A DNA stretch of 32,000 bases from Telmatocola sphagniphila (GTDB taxonomy: Bacteria > Planctomycetota > Planctomycetia > Gemmatales > Gemmataceae), in assembly GCF_018398935.1 (NCBI RefSeq), contig NZ_CP074694.1, positions 1,890,001 through 1,922,000 on the forward strand, written 5' to 3'. Below are positions 7,029-16,914 of this stretch, piece by piece; the first letter of the stretch is position 1, and every line of letters starts with the position of its first letter. Below the pieces are notes generated by a model. It was not told the DNA's origin. It made no database searches and was given only the letters and a program-made list of their open reading frames with translations. The position numbers were made by a program, and so were the translations under genes.

Positions 7029-8003
7029 CTACTTGGCTTCGGCCTTCAGATCGGCTTCGACCATCATGCGGACCAGTCCCGGGAAGTCGACCTTTCGTTC
7101 CCAGCCCAGTTTTTTGCGGGCCAGGCTCGGATCGCCGATCAACAGATCGACCTCGGCGGGGCGCAGATACTTCGGGTCGACTTCGACGTACTTCTGCCAA
7201 TCCAGATTCACGTGATCGAATGCCAGCTCGACGAATTCCTGAACGCTGTGGGTCTCCCCCGTCGCGATCACAAAATCGGTCGGCACGTCCTGCTGCAGCA
7301 TCAGCCACATCGCCTGCACGTAATCGCCGGCAAAGCCCCAGTCTCGCTTGGCCTGCAGATTGCCCAGGGAGAGTTTTTGCTGCTTGCCGAGCTTGATGCG
7401 GGCGACCGCATTGGAAATTTTGCGGGTGACGAATTCGAGGCCGCGACGGGGGCTTTCGTGGTTAAACAGAATCCCGGAAACCGCGAACATGTTGAACGAT
7501 TCGCGATAATTGACGGTGATCCAGTGCCCGAAGACCTTGGAGGCCCCGTACGGACTGCGCGGATAAAAGGGCGTCTCCTCGCGCTGCGGAATCTCCTGTA
7601 CTTTGCCGAACATTTCGCTCGACGAGGCCTGGTAGAAGCGGGGCGACTGCCGCGAGTAGCGGATCGCTTCGAGGATGCGGTTGACCCCGACGGCGGTCAT
7701 TTCTGCGGTGGCGAGCGGCATATCCCAGCTGGCGGTGACGAAGGACTGCGCGGCCAGGTTATAGACTTCCGAGGGCTGAATCGATTCGATGAGGTTGGCC
7801 ATCGACGATTGATCGAGCAGATCGGACGGGTGCACGGTGAGGCGATCGAGAATATGTTCGATGCGGCTGAGATTGGGCGTACTGGAGCGGCGGATCATGC
7901 CATGGACCTGATAGCCCTTCTCCAGCAGAAATTCGGCCAGGTAGGAACCGTCCTGGCCGGTGAGGCCCGTGATCAAAGCGATTTTCTTCTGCGATACTGC
8001 CAT
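7029..8003 (-). CDS. gmd: GDP-mannose 4,6-dehydratase
   Basis: [36 protein letters not shown]..., [15 protein letters not shown] and [12 protein letters not shown] are diagnostic GMD motifs. ATG at 8003 is preferred over the TTG at 8015 given by the track. Confidence 0.9.
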   Translation of the reverse strand: MAVSQKKIALITGLTGQDGSYLAEFLLEKGYQVHGMIRRSSTPNLSRIEHILDRLTVHPSDLLDQSSMANLIESIQPSEVYNLAAQSFVTASWDMPLATAEMTAVGVNRILEAIRYSRQSPRFYQASSSEMFGKVQEIPQREETPFYPRSPYGASKVFGHWITVNYRESFNMFAVSGILFNHESPRRGLEFVTRKISNAVARIKLGKQQKLSLGNLQAKRDWGFAGDYVQAMWLMLQQDVPTDFVIATGETHSVQEFVELAFDHVNLDWQKYVEVDPKYLRPAEVDLLIGDPSLARKKLGWERKVDFPGLVRMMVEADLKAEAK

Positions 8004-8214
8004 GGGATCTCTCAATCTCCGGAAATCGTACCAGGTCTTCCAAACGGCGCTTCGAGGGACTTTTCAGAACTTCGCGGGGCGGTTTGCCGAGTCTCCTTCG
8101 GATTTTACAAAACCCCGCGGAGAAGTCTTCCGACGCGGCAGAGATTTCGGGGGAAGGGCCAACCGAAAGGAAGTGCGAGGGGAGTTTCGCAAAGCGAAGC
8201 CCGGGGAAGATGCC

Positions 8215-8775
8215 TTAAGCGCTCGGCCAGCCGTCGCGTTTTTTCAGCGGGCGGGCCGGATTGCCGACGCAGACCATCCCGGCGGGAAGAGAGGAGAAGA
8301 CCGAGGCGCGGGCGCCGACGACGCAGCCGCGACCGATCGTCACGTTGGGACCCACGAAGGTATCGGCGGCCAGCCAGACATCGTCCTCGACGGTGATCGG
8401 CGGCCGCAGAAGCGGCATATGGGGTTGCGTAAAATCGTGGCTGCCGGCACACAGATGAGCCAGCTGACTGATCGTCACCCGTGCGCCGATTGTGATCGGC
8501 CCCAGGCAGTACAGAATCGCCCGATCGCCGACCGAGGAATTGGCTCCGAGGGTTAAATTCCAGGGGATTTCGATTGTGACGGTCGGTCGAATCCGAGCTG
8601 TGCGATCAATCTGGGCCCCAAAGAGTCGCAACAGAGTGTTCCGCCAGCGATAGCACCCGCGCGGGCTGCACCCAAACAGCGTCGATTGCACGAGGCCCCA
8701 GAGGGCGCGGGCGATCTTTTCCCGGAAGGTCCAGGGGCTGATATGGCGACGGTCGGCCGGATCGGGGGGGGACAT
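8215..8775 (-). CDS. Hexapeptide-repeat O-acetyltransferase (WcaF/colanic-acid-acetyltransferase-like)
   Basis: C-terminal left-handed beta-helix repeats: ITVEDDVWLAADTFVGPNVTIGRGCVVGARASVFSSLPAGMVCVGNPARPL. The N-terminal region is like WcaF. Its ATG abuts the stop of the upstream GT2 gene (8775/8776). Confidence 0.8.
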   Translation of the reverse strand: MSPPDPADRRHISPWTFREKIARALWGLVQSTLFGCSPRGCYRWRNTLLRLFGAQIDRTARIRPTVTIEIPWNLTLGANSSVGDRAILYCLGPITIGARVTISQLAHLCAGSHDFTQPHMPLLRPPITVEDDVWLAADTFVGPNVTIGRGCVVGARASVFSSLPAGMVCVGNPARPLKKRDGWPSA

Positions 8776-9717
8776 CTATTTCGCAGTCTTTTCTTGCAGC
8801 CGCAATTCGTGGAATTTAGCCAGCGAGATAAAATCGTACCAGGCCATCAGCCGGCACATCACGAAGCCGGCGTAGCCGTCCCGGAAGCCGCCTTTGAGGA
8901 GATAGCCGTAGAGAAATCGCAAGAGCGGCCGAAAGGGCATTTTTCGGGTTTTGGCTTTCAGCCAGCGCTTGCGGGCGATCGGCCCGCCGAAGAGCGAAGG
9001 CTTCACGCCCCCCTCGTCTTTGGCGAGCATCGCGTGCGCTTCCCAGGTCGAGTAGCGATTGTGTTTTTCGACCCAGACGCTCAGATTGGGATAGGCGTAG
9101 TGCAGAAAATCGTGCTTCAGATAACCCGCCTCCCCGGTTTTGAGCACGATGTGCTCGTGGACTTCATTGTCGCCGGAGCCGGTCTGGCCGAGATTACCGA
9201 TCCGCTCGTACCGCCCGAGGGCATGCTTGAACAGTCGCACGTTATAGGAGGGGTAATAGCCGCAGTGCTTGATCCACTGTCCGAGGAACATGAAACGGCG
9301 GTTGAGCCAGTAGCCATCGCCGCAGCCGTTGCCGGGGGGATATTTTCCGGTGACTACCTGTTCGATTTCCTGCGCCAGTTCCGGCGTCATGTACTCATCG
9401 GCATCGAGGATCAGCACCCATTCGTTGCGCCAGGAGACCTGTTCTAAGGCCCAATTTTTTTTCTTGGGCCAGCCTTCGGCGGAATAGTGAAACTGGTAGA
9501 CCTCGGCGCCGAGGGCTTCCGAGAGAGCCACCGTCTGATCGGTCGACTGGGAATCGACCACGACGATCTGGTTGGCCCACTGGAGCCGGCGTAGACACTC
9601 CTCGATGTTCGACTGTTCATTTTTGACCGGAATCAACACGCTGACCGGAACGTTCTTAGGCGGCCAGGGGATCGTCGAATTCGCTTCAGGACTAGACATC
9701 GATCCAAACCATTTCAA
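8776..9717 (-). CDS. Glycosyltransferase family 2
   Basis: VSVLIPVKNEQSNIEECLRRL...VVVDSQSTDQT...ILDADE is the classic GT-A/GT2 N-terminal domain. Track start 9717 is TTG; an ATG at 9699 (MSSPE...) is an equally plausible start. Confidence 0.8.
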   Translation of the reverse strand: MKWFGSMSSPEANSTIPWPPKNVPVSVLIPVKNEQSNIEECLRRLQWANQIVVVDSQSTDQTVALSEALGAEVYQFHYSAEGWPKKKNWALEQVSWRNEWVLILDADEYMTPELAQEIEQVVTGKYPPGNGCGDGYWLNRRFMFLGQWIKHCGYYPSYNVRLFKHALGRYERIGNLGQTGSGDNEVHEHIVLKTGEAGYLKHDFLHYAYPNLSVWVEKHNRYSTWEAHAMLAKDEGGVKPSLFGGPIARKRWLKAKTRKMPFRPLLRFLYGYLLKGGFRDGYAGFVMCRLMAWYDFISLAKFHELRLQEKTAK

Positions 9718-9782
9718 CTATTGGGGGCGGTAACACTGGGAGAAAGAGGCCTCGAACCGGAGAACGTTGGGGGTGCGGCCCC

Positions 9783-10904
9783 TCAGCGGCGGGCCTGCGC
9801 GACGACCGAGCCATACAAGTCTTCGAATTGACCGATGACCCGGTCCCAGGAATAGCGCGAGGTGACTAGCTCCCGTCCGGCCGGTCCCATGGTCTGGCGG
9901 GCCTGGGGGTTCGAAAGAATTTTATCGAGGGCCCCGGCGATCTGATCCGCATCGAGATCGGTGACATACCCGGCTCGAGAGGATTCCACTTCGGGGAAAT
10001 GGCACGCTTTGGTGATCACGACCGGAATTTGGGCGGCAAGGGCTTCCAGAATCGCCACGCTGAAACCTTCCTGGCGGCTGGGGAGAACAAACACCGCCGC
10101 GCCCAAGAGGGCCGTCTGCTTCTGTTCGCCATACAGGGGACCGGTGAGAACGACCCGCTCCGTGAGGTTCCGAGACGCGATCAGTTTTTCGAAATCCGCC
10201 CGCGCGCCGTCGTCCGGACCCGCGACCACCAGCTTCAGAGACGGATGCGCGGAGGCGATCTTCGCAAAAGCTTCGACTAGATAATCGAGGCCTTTTTTGA
10301 AGTGCAGCCGACTTAAAAAGAGCAAGAACGGGGCCACGTCGCCCAGGGCGTAGCGCTGCCGGAAATTCGCAAGGGCCAAATCGCTCGGAGCCGCGGCAAC
10401 CTCGATCCCGTTGGGGATAATGGCCGCTGGAGCCGTAATTCGGAGAGTTTTCGTCAGATCGGCCTCGTCCGAGTTGAGAAAATGGATGGCCCCGGCCTGA
10501 TCCAGAAAACGCTTGACCACCAGTTGCAGAAACAGCTTCTTTTTCAGGCGCTTCTGCGACAAACTCCAGGGATCGAGCATGCCGTGCGGTGAGAGAACAT
10601 AGGGTTTCTGGAGTTGGCGGGCCGCCCGAATCACCTGGAGTAACGGACGATCCCAGACCCCGTGCAGATGCACCAGATCGAAAGACTGAATCCGCGTGCT
10701 CTGGAAACCCGGGTTCCAGAAAAAGTCCCACCAGCGGCTGGGGGAAAGCTTCTGTGCTGTTTCCAGGTCCGTAGTGGGCACGATCTCGGCGGCCATCGCC
10801 GCCTGCAGTCCCCGCCGCTGTTGTTGGGCCACCAGCGACCGAACCGCGGAAGCCGTTCCGCCCGTGGACGGATCCAGAGAATGCACGACGTGCAGGACTT
10901 TCAT
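9783..10904 (-). CDS. Glycosyltransferase family 4 (GT-B, Glycos_transf_1)
   Basis: MKVLHVVHSLDPSTGGTASAV... N-terminus and C-terminal ...FVLPSRQEGFSVAILEALAAQIPVVIT (E-x7-E-type motif). The ATG is preceded by GGGGAGG. Confidence 0.8.
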   Translation of the reverse strand: MKVLHVVHSLDPSTGGTASAVRSLVAQQQRRGLQAAMAAEIVPTTDLETAQKLSPSRWWDFFWNPGFQSTRIQSFDLVHLHGVWDRPLLQVIRAARQLQKPYVLSPHGMLDPWSLSQKRLKKKLFLQLVVKRFLDQAGAIHFLNSDEADLTKTLRITAPAAIIPNGIEVAAAPSDLALANFRQRYALGDVAPFLLFLSRLHFKKGLDYLVEAFAKIASAHPSLKLVVAGPDDGARADFEKLIASRNLTERVVLTGPLYGEQKQTALLGAAVFVLPSRQEGFSVAILEALAAQIPVVITKACHFPEVESSRAGYVTDLDADQIAGALDKILSNPQARQTMGPAGRELVTSRYSWDRVIGQFEDLYGSVVAQARR

Positions 10905-10940
10905 CGCCGCCTCCCCTGGCTCTGGCCGGGACAGGGTGGC

Positions 10941-12302
10941 TTACGCCGAGGCATGCGGATTCCGGGGAGCATTCAGCTGCGGATTCACAAACTCGAAAAA
11001 CAGAACGCCGAGATAGGCGAACAAAAAGGGAAAGAGCACCAGACTGGTGATGTCGCGGCCCATATTGAAGGTCAGCCCCAGCCCGATCAAAAACAGGGCC
11101 AGCCGGTGCTGCAGATAGCGCTGACTCCAGAGCTTGGCGAGGATCTGCACCCAAATTCCCATCAGGAGCGCCGCGGCGGCCGGCCCGAGGATATCCCCAA
11201 AATTGCAGACCCCCTGTCCGATCATGCCGCGCGAGATGGTCGCAAACACGCCGTGGTCTACACCGGACCCGCCGAAGCCGCGCATGATCGCGTAGTTGAT
11301 CCCGATCATTGGCTTATCTTTCCAGATACCCCGAGGCACGAACGCGGCCAGCTCGGCCAGATAGGACTCCCCCCATTCCTCGGTCATGACCCGGGTCGTC
11401 AGGAACGATCGGATATAGCAGAGTTCCTCGAACATATTGACGTCGGTGCGGTTCTCCGGTCCCGCCTGCACCTGCGGCTCGCTATTGAGAGCCTTGACGA
11501 TCGAGGCGGAACCCTTTTCGCGATTGCTTTGAATGAACGCAAACCAGCCGGAAATCACAATCAGCAGCGTGGTCAGAATGACCGCTTTTTTCGCGAAGGC
11601 GTCCCGGGAGATAAAGATGTAAGAGAAGACGCCCGGGAGGATCACCGCCAAAATCCCGCTGCGAGCTCTCTGAAAGAGATAGGCCTCGATTGCAATCAGA
11701 AATAAGATCAAAGACAGGTAACGCAAATTGCTGGAATAGAAGGTGACGAACTGAATCCCCAGCATGCCGACGGCGGCCACGTGACAGTAGCCGCAGATGG
11801 AGATCAGAAAGTCGAATTTGGTACCGACCGCGCCGCGCGACCAGATGAATTGCGGATCGCTCGAAAGCGGTGGAAAGAAAATCGAGAAGAAATCCCCGTC
11901 GAGCATCCATAAGCCGATCAGCGTCAGGAACGCCCAGACCGCGAAGACGCTTGTGAAGACTTTTTTCTCAAAGTCGAGGCGCTGCTGTTCATCGACGAAA
12001 AAAAGGTTCGCCTCCGGATTCCTCTCGTACTCCGGCAGGAAAGCCAGATAGCCCCGAAAGACCAGGAGGAAGGTCAGCACTTGCAGCAGGGAGCCCTCGA
12101 CGAGGTCGAAGCCGAACTTGAGATTGTAGTACAGGATCCCGTTTTGCGTGATCTCGTAGAAATACCAAAAGCCGATGGTAAAGTAGACGATCAGCGCCGG
12201 CCGGCTCCAGGTCCGGTCCAATTTTCGGACGGCCTCCACGACCAGCAGCACCAGAACAAAGAGGTTCAGCAGAAAGAAGGCATTGAACTCGAACATAGTC
12301 AC
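10941..12302 (-). CDS. Polytopic membrane protein, probable oligosaccharide repeat-unit polymerase (Wzy-like)
   Basis: About 10 or more hydrophobic segments with a large loop (NSEPQVQAGPENRTDVNMFEEL...VPRGIWKDKP). It sits among GT genes in a locus that also has a Wzx-like flippase. Wzy families are too divergent to assign from motifs, so the call is by context. GTG at 12302 or ATG at 12296. Confidence 0.55.
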   Translation of the reverse strand: MTMFEFNAFFLLNLFVLVLLVVEAVRKLDRTWSRPALIVYFTIGFWYFYEITQNGILYYNLKFGFDLVEGSLLQVLTFLLVFRGYLAFLPEYERNPEANLFFVDEQQRLDFEKKVFTSVFAVWAFLTLIGLWMLDGDFFSIFFPPLSSDPQFIWSRGAVGTKFDFLISICGYCHVAAVGMLGIQFVTFYSSNLRYLSLILFLIAIEAYLFQRARSGILAVILPGVFSYIFISRDAFAKKAVILTTLLIVISGWFAFIQSNREKGSASIVKALNSEPQVQAGPENRTDVNMFEELCYIRSFLTTRVMTEEWGESYLAELAAFVPRGIWKDKPMIGINYAIMRGFGGSGVDHGVFATISRGMIGQGVCNFGDILGPAAAALLMGIWVQILAKLWSQRYLQHRLALFLIGLGLTFNMGRDITSLVLFPFLFAYLGVLFFEFVNPQLNAPRNPHASA

Positions 12303-12317
12303 CTGAGGTCGGTCGGG

Positions 12318-13427
12318 TTAACGCACCCAGCGAAGGTACTGATCGATCATCCGGGCCGGCGTGAACTGTTCCACATAATCGAAGGCCGTAGGGACGGTGT
12401 GCGCGGACGACTCGCGATTCTGAATTTTATCGAGAATCGCTTCCGCTAGAAGCTCCGGCCGCTGGGGAGGCACCAATTGGCCCAAGCGACCGCCCTGCAG
12501 CAGTTCCCGGCAGGCCGGCACATCGGTGGCCACCACTGGCAGTTTTGCCGCCATCGCTTCCAAAAGAACGCTGCCCAAGCCTTCGTTGATCGTTGTAGAG
12601 AATACGAACAGATCGGCTAAGCCCAGCAATTCGGGCACATCCGAACGCGTGCCCAGAAAGGTGACCTGTTCGCGAATTCCCAGCCGATCGGCGAGTTGCT
12701 CCAAGTCGCCGCGCAGACTCCCCTCCCCGACCAGCCCCAATCGGAAATTCGGGCAGCGCGAAACAATCGAGGGTATCGCTTTGAGGAGCGTCTCGTGGTC
12801 TTTGTGTTTCTCCAGCGTCGCGACCATGATCGCGGTGAAGAACTTCCCGTCTTTTACGATCTCTTGCCGCGCCCGGGTCGCCCGGGCGGAAATTTCCCGG
12901 GCCCGGGCACAGTTGTAGACGGTCTGGAACAGGCCCCGGGAGACGCCTCGAATCGAACGATTGGCGTCGCGAACATAATCCGAGCAGCAGATCACTTTGG
13001 CGCGAAGCAGCGCCAGGGGCCAATAGACCGAGCAGGAAATCAGATCATTTTTGCCGCCGAGGCGCGGCGGATTCCCGGAATGCACCAGGAGTTTTTTGCA
13101 GCCCGCCAGACGGGCTCCTTCGCAGACCCAGCTCGCCATCCCGGTGACCCAGCAAAGCACGATATTGGGCCGGGTGTCGCGCACCATCCGATAGGAAGCC
13201 TGGACGATGCGCGGGAATTGCGAAAAGCCCGGCTGGAGCAGATCGTGCTCCCGGTAGGCTCGAGAACCCTTTTGTAACGGCTCTTTCAAGTCGCCCGGCT
13301 GCGAGTTTAAAACCAGAACCCCCTGCCAGAGATCGGGACGCGCCGCCAACCAGTCGAGCACCAGACGCGGCGTGCCTTCGGCGCGAGGGGTCGCCAGGAC
13401 ATGCAGAATACGAGGTTCAAAAGCCAA
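12318..13427 (-). CDS. Glycosyltransferase family 4
   Basis: ILHVLATPRAEGTP... N-terminus. C-terminal LGLVGEGSLRGDLEQLADRLG...FVFSTTINEGLGSVLLEAMAAKLPVVATDV. The start codon at 13427 is TTG and there is no upstream ATG in frame. Confidence 0.8.
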   Translation of the reverse strand: MAFEPRILHVLATPRAEGTPRLVLDWLAARPDLWQGVLVLNSQPGDLKEPLQKGSRAYREHDLLQPGFSQFPRIVQASYRMVRDTRPNIVLCWVTGMASWVCEGARLAGCKKLLVHSGNPPRLGGKNDLISCSVYWPLALLRAKVICCSDYVRDANRSIRGVSRGLFQTVYNCARAREISARATRARQEIVKDGKFFTAIMVATLEKHKDHETLLKAIPSIVSRCPNFRLGLVGEGSLRGDLEQLADRLGIREQVTFLGTRSDVPELLGLADLFVFSTTINEGLGSVLLEAMAAKLPVVATDVPACRELLQGGRLGQLVPPQRPELLAEAILDKIQNRESSAHTVPTAFDYVEQFTPARMIDQYLRWVR

Positions 13428-13445
13428 GAAGAAACTTTCCTGGAA

Positions 13446-14579
13446 CTAACGCGTCCAGAGTTCTTTGAACTCGCGGACGCAGCGGGCCCAGCGGACCGAC
13501 TCGGACCGGTGCTGAGCCGCCGTTTGCTTGGAGTGCTGCTTCGCTTCCGACTGCAGATAAGCTTCGAAACGATCGGCGATCTGAAGAGGCCCCTCGGTGA
13601 GGGCGAAGCGGAATCCGGCCTCTTCCGGGAGGGTATCGGCGGGGCCTTCGATGGCGTAACCGGCCACCGGAATTCCGACGCGCAGAAATTCGAGGGTGGA
13701 AATTCCCAAGGCTTCCCGAGCCGAAAACAGACAGCCGACGTCGCAGGATTCAAGAAATCGCAGAAACAAATCGGCTTGGGTCCGCTTATCGATAAAGCCG
13801 ACAAAGCGGACGCCGTCGCGCTGGGTTAATTCCGCGGGAGCCTCGCCGGCCGCCTGCACCTGGACCTTCCAGCCGCGGGCGGCCAATCGATCGCGTACTT
13901 CGATGACGATCGGCAGCCCTTTGCGCTTCCAATCTTTGCCGACAAATCCGAGAACAAACGGCCGATCGACCCCCGCCCGGCCCGACGGAGCTTTGGGAAC
14001 CCAGTTTTCGGGGAGATCGAGGTTCGCTCCGGGCAGCACCGTGTGCACTTTCGTGGGATCAACGCCACATTCCCGGACGAGCGATTCCGCCGTCCAAGTC
14101 CCCATGGCGATCACACGCTCCGCCAGGCGATAATTCTCTTGCTCGAGCTGGAGAACCTGTTCCCGAATATCCTTGGGAAGATTCATCTCCAAGCCCCTCC
14201 CGGAAGTCAGAGCGGCCAGAGTCGCATCGATGTAGTAACTGATTTTTCCGCCGGCCCGTTGGACCGTGCGCGCCCGGGGAAAGGTCTGATTGAAACTGAT
14301 AATCTCCTGCGCAAGGATCGCCGGCGGAATTTGCTGCTCCACGGCGTCGAGGAATTTTTCCGAGTACTGATAGCCGCCGCGGGGATGACCGCGCAACTTA
14401 CGGAAGAAATTCCATACCAGCCGCGAGCGCTGAAAGATTTCGAGATCGATTTGGCCGGGAATATTGGCGAAATTCTGTTTCTGGCACTCCGAATAAAAAT
14501 GATACGGGATACCGCTCCAGCAGTTGGGATCGGCCGTATTCCCCAGGGCAAAGATCGCTCTCCCGGTCTTCGAATTCAT
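13446..14579 (-). CDS. Glycosyltransferase (GT-B fold, family 4-like)
   Basis: C-terminal half FVLGFVGKDWKRKGLPIVIEV...FVGFIDKR...CLFSAREALGISTLEFLRVGIPVAG is GT1/GT4-like. The N-terminal half is divergent. Its ATG overlaps the upstream stop as ATGA (14576-14579). Confidence 0.7.
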   Translation of the reverse strand: MNSKTGRAIFALGNTADPNCWSGIPYHFYSECQKQNFANIPGQIDLEIFQRSRLVWNFFRKLRGHPRGGYQYSEKFLDAVEQQIPPAILAQEIISFNQTFPRARTVQRAGGKISYYIDATLAALTSGRGLEMNLPKDIREQVLQLEQENYRLAERVIAMGTWTAESLVRECGVDPTKVHTVLPGANLDLPENWVPKAPSGRAGVDRPFVLGFVGKDWKRKGLPIVIEVRDRLAARGWKVQVQAAGEAPAELTQRDGVRFVGFIDKRTQADLFLRFLESCDVGCLFSAREALGISTLEFLRVGIPVAGYAIEGPADTLPEEAGFRFALTEGPLQIADRFEAYLQSEAKQHSKQTAAQHRSESVRWARCVREFKELWTR

Positions 14580-15781
14580 GGCAGGCGCTCGACCAGAGCG
14601 GTGCGGAAAGCTTGCCAGGGATGTTTCCGGGCGATTTTCCAGGCCTGCATTCCCAACTGGGGCTGATCGCGCAGTTGCTGCGACAGTTCGGTCAATTTTT
14701 GAGCGAGAGCGCCGGGATCACCCGCCGGGCAGGTGAAAAAGCCGTCGGCCTCGGTGCCCAAATCGGGAACGCAAGTGTTTTCGGTTCCCAGGACGGCCCG
14801 GGCTTTCGCCGCCGCTTCCAGAAAAACCGCGCCAAATCCTTCGATCAACGAAGGCACTACCAACAGATGCGCTTCCTGAAAGAGTCGAACGAGTTCGGCC
14901 GCGCTGACGCCCGGATAGAAGCGGATTCCGGAGCTAGAATTCAGCAGATCCTTCATCGCCGGGTCGAGCACGCGCGAGACGATCCTCAGTTCCGAACCGG
15001 CTGGGAGCCGGGCGTTCGACCAGGCCCGGAGCAAATGGTGCAGCCCTTTGCGCTGGATGCCGCTGCCCAGAAACAGGGCTCGAAAATTTTGGCTCGGCGA
15101 CCCAGCGGGAGGTTCCGCCGGGGCATCGACGCCGTAGGGAACGACCTGGCACTTTTCGGCCGACGCCCCGGCATGCAGCAAGGTACGTCGCGTAAAACGA
15201 CTGGCGCAGAAGATCTGATCGGCGAGTGTCCAGGCCCAGGAAGCCCCCGCTTTCTGGTCGAGTGCATCCCCTTCCCCGTCGACTTTTTGCCAGGCGGTCG
15301 CCGGGGGAAATTGTCGCGTGTCCTCGTCCAAAATTTGGCGTTCCAGATCGGGATGCACGTGAAAGTGAAAGAGGATTTTGGCCGGGTTGTGCTTCGTATA
15401 ATTCCGCTGAAAAGCCTCCCAGGCATAGGGCTCGTAGAGAAGCAGATTCGACTGGGTCCGCTCGGCGATTTTTCCGGCCCGTCTCGATAAAGCGCGGGAG
15501 ATGTAGTTCCAATATTTCGGCGGATGGATTTTCAGGCGCCGGCCCAGATGCTCGACCAGTTCCAGACGCAGACTGCTGGACACTTTCGAGTTGGGAACGC
15601 CCGGGCACTGCCGAGCGCGGAGTCCTCGCTGCACTTGGCTTGAAAATTGCCCCAGCTTTTGAATCAGTCCTTTTGAATAAAAGGTCGTGACCAGGGCCTC
15701 CAAGCGATCCGCCTCTTCCAGCGCCCAGGGAATCTGGTAGCCGTCGCGCCGGCCCGCAAATGCCGTGACGTAGCGGCTCAT
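14576..15781 (-). CDS. Glycosyltransferase (GT-B fold, family 4-like)
   Basis: FRALFLGSGIQRKGLHHLLRAW...LLVVPSLIEGFGAVFLEAAAKARAVLGT is a GT1/GT4-type C-terminal domain. ATGA overlap with the upstream gene at 15778-15781. Confidence 0.7.
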   Translation of the reverse strand: MSRYVTAFAGRRDGYQIPWALEEADRLEALVTTFYSKGLIQKLGQFSSQVQRGLRARQCPGVPNSKVSSSLRLELVEHLGRRLKIHPPKYWNYISRALSRRAGKIAERTQSNLLLYEPYAWEAFQRNYTKHNPAKILFHFHVHPDLERQILDEDTRQFPPATAWQKVDGEGDALDQKAGASWAWTLADQIFCASRFTRRTLLHAGASAEKCQVVPYGVDAPAEPPAGSPSQNFRALFLGSGIQRKGLHHLLRAWSNARLPAGSELRIVSRVLDPAMKDLLNSSSGIRFYPGVSAAELVRLFQEAHLLVVPSLIEGFGAVFLEAAAKARAVLGTENTCVPDLGTEADGFFTCPAGDPGALAQKLTELSQQLRDQPQLGMQAWKIARKHPWQAFRTALVERLP

Positions 15782-16911
15782 CGGGGAGATCTTCCCTGCA
15801 CGCGGGCGTTGGTTTCCCGCGAGTCGGAAAAGAGCTGGTCCAGATAGCGGGAGGCATAGACTTCCGGAGCGAACGAGGCTTGCGCCCGTTGCTGGCCACG
15901 CTGGGCCAACTCTTCGCGAGCCACCCGATCGAGCATGTAGCGTTCGATCTGGGTTGAGAGAGCTTCGGGATTACCCGGCGGCACCAGTTCGACAGTTTCC
16001 TTCGAGCCGGCCAGTTCTGCAATCGGTCCGATCTCGGTGGCGATGCACGGCAGTCCTAACATCATCGCCTCGGCCAAGGCATTGCCCAGCCCCTCGCGGG
16101 CCGTGGTGGCGAACACGAAAAGGTCCCAGGTGGCCATCCGGGCAAACACATCGTCGATCATGCCCAGAAAATCGACCTGGGATTCGATCTTTAGTTCCCG
16201 GGCCCGGGCGATCAAAGCTTCCTTCTGATCGCCGTCGCCCGCGAGTTGCAGGCGCCACTCGGGATACCGGGGAGCGAGCCGAGCAAAAGCCCGTAGCAGC
16301 GTCGCCTGATCCTTGATCGCATCCAGGCGGGAGACCATTCCGAAGATTTTGGTATCGGCCCGCGTCCGATCGTAGTGCCAGGCAATTGCGGGCCGTTTAA
16401 TACCGTTCCACACCACCGTCCGACGATAGGGTCGCAGACAGCGCTTGGCATCGAACGAATCGGCGACGTACTGGGAACAGCAGATATAGACCGGATCAAT
16501 CGCGGTCCGGTAAATTTTCTGAAGCAGCCAGAACTTCCAATCGGTGAGCGCCGTCATGGGGTAGGCCGGGTTGCCGCCGTGCACTCCGACCTTAATCGTA
16601 TCCGAACTCAGGGCGTGCAATAATTGGGGCAGCTTCACCAGGCCATGCCAGAGCATAGCGGCCTCCGGAGCCGTCTCCTGGACGAACCGTTTCAGTTGAG
16701 CCATCCGACGGGAGGAAGTTTTATAGAGCTCGGGAGCCCAGATCAGCACTTGCGCTCCGGCTTCCCGCCAGAGGGCACTCATCGGACCGTCGGGCCCGAG
16801 TACCAGCACATGATGCTCGACCGACTTCCCGTATTGGATGAGCATCTCGCAATTGCGCTCACAACCGCCGCGCTCCGCTCCAAACAGAATGTGCAGTAAT
16901 TTTCGGGCCAT
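15778..16911 (-). CDS. Glycosyltransferase family 4
   Basis: KLLHILFGAERGGCERN..., KIFGMVSRLDAIKDQATLLRAF...LQLAGDGDQKE...FVFATTAREGLGNALAEAMMLGLPCIATEIG. Confidence 0.8.
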   Translation of the reverse strand: MARKLLHILFGAERGGCERNCEMLIQYGKSVEHHVLVLGPDGPMSALWREAGAQVLIWAPELYKTSSRRMAQLKRFVQETAPEAAMLWHGLVKLPQLLHALSSDTIKVGVHGGNPAYPMTALTDWKFWLLQKIYRTAIDPVYICCSQYVADSFDAKRCLRPYRRTVVWNGIKRPAIAWHYDRTRADTKIFGMVSRLDAIKDQATLLRAFARLAPRYPEWRLQLAGDGDQKEALIARARELKIESQVDFLGMIDDVFARMATWDLFVFATTAREGLGNALAEAMMLGLPCIATEIGPIAELAGSKETVELVPPGNPEALSTQIERYMLDRVAREELAQRGQQRAQASFAPEVYASRYLDQLFSDSRETNARVQGRSPR

Positions 16912-16914
16912 GCT

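Noticed and set aside
7212-8396. 394 aa + strand ORF across gmd and the intergenic region.
   Set aside because: It is antisense to an unmistakable GDP-mannose 4,6-dehydratase, and its C-terminus is an Arg-rich low-complexity tail.
9922-11154. 410 aa - strand ORF in an alternative frame over the GT4 gene and the polymerase 3' end. The 362 aa ORF 14934..16022 and the 347 aa ORF 10662..11705 are similar cases.
   Set aside because: These are alternative-frame or antisense products with Arg/Gly/Ser/Pro bias and no family motifs. The accepted frames show GT-B signatures and tidy gene junctions.
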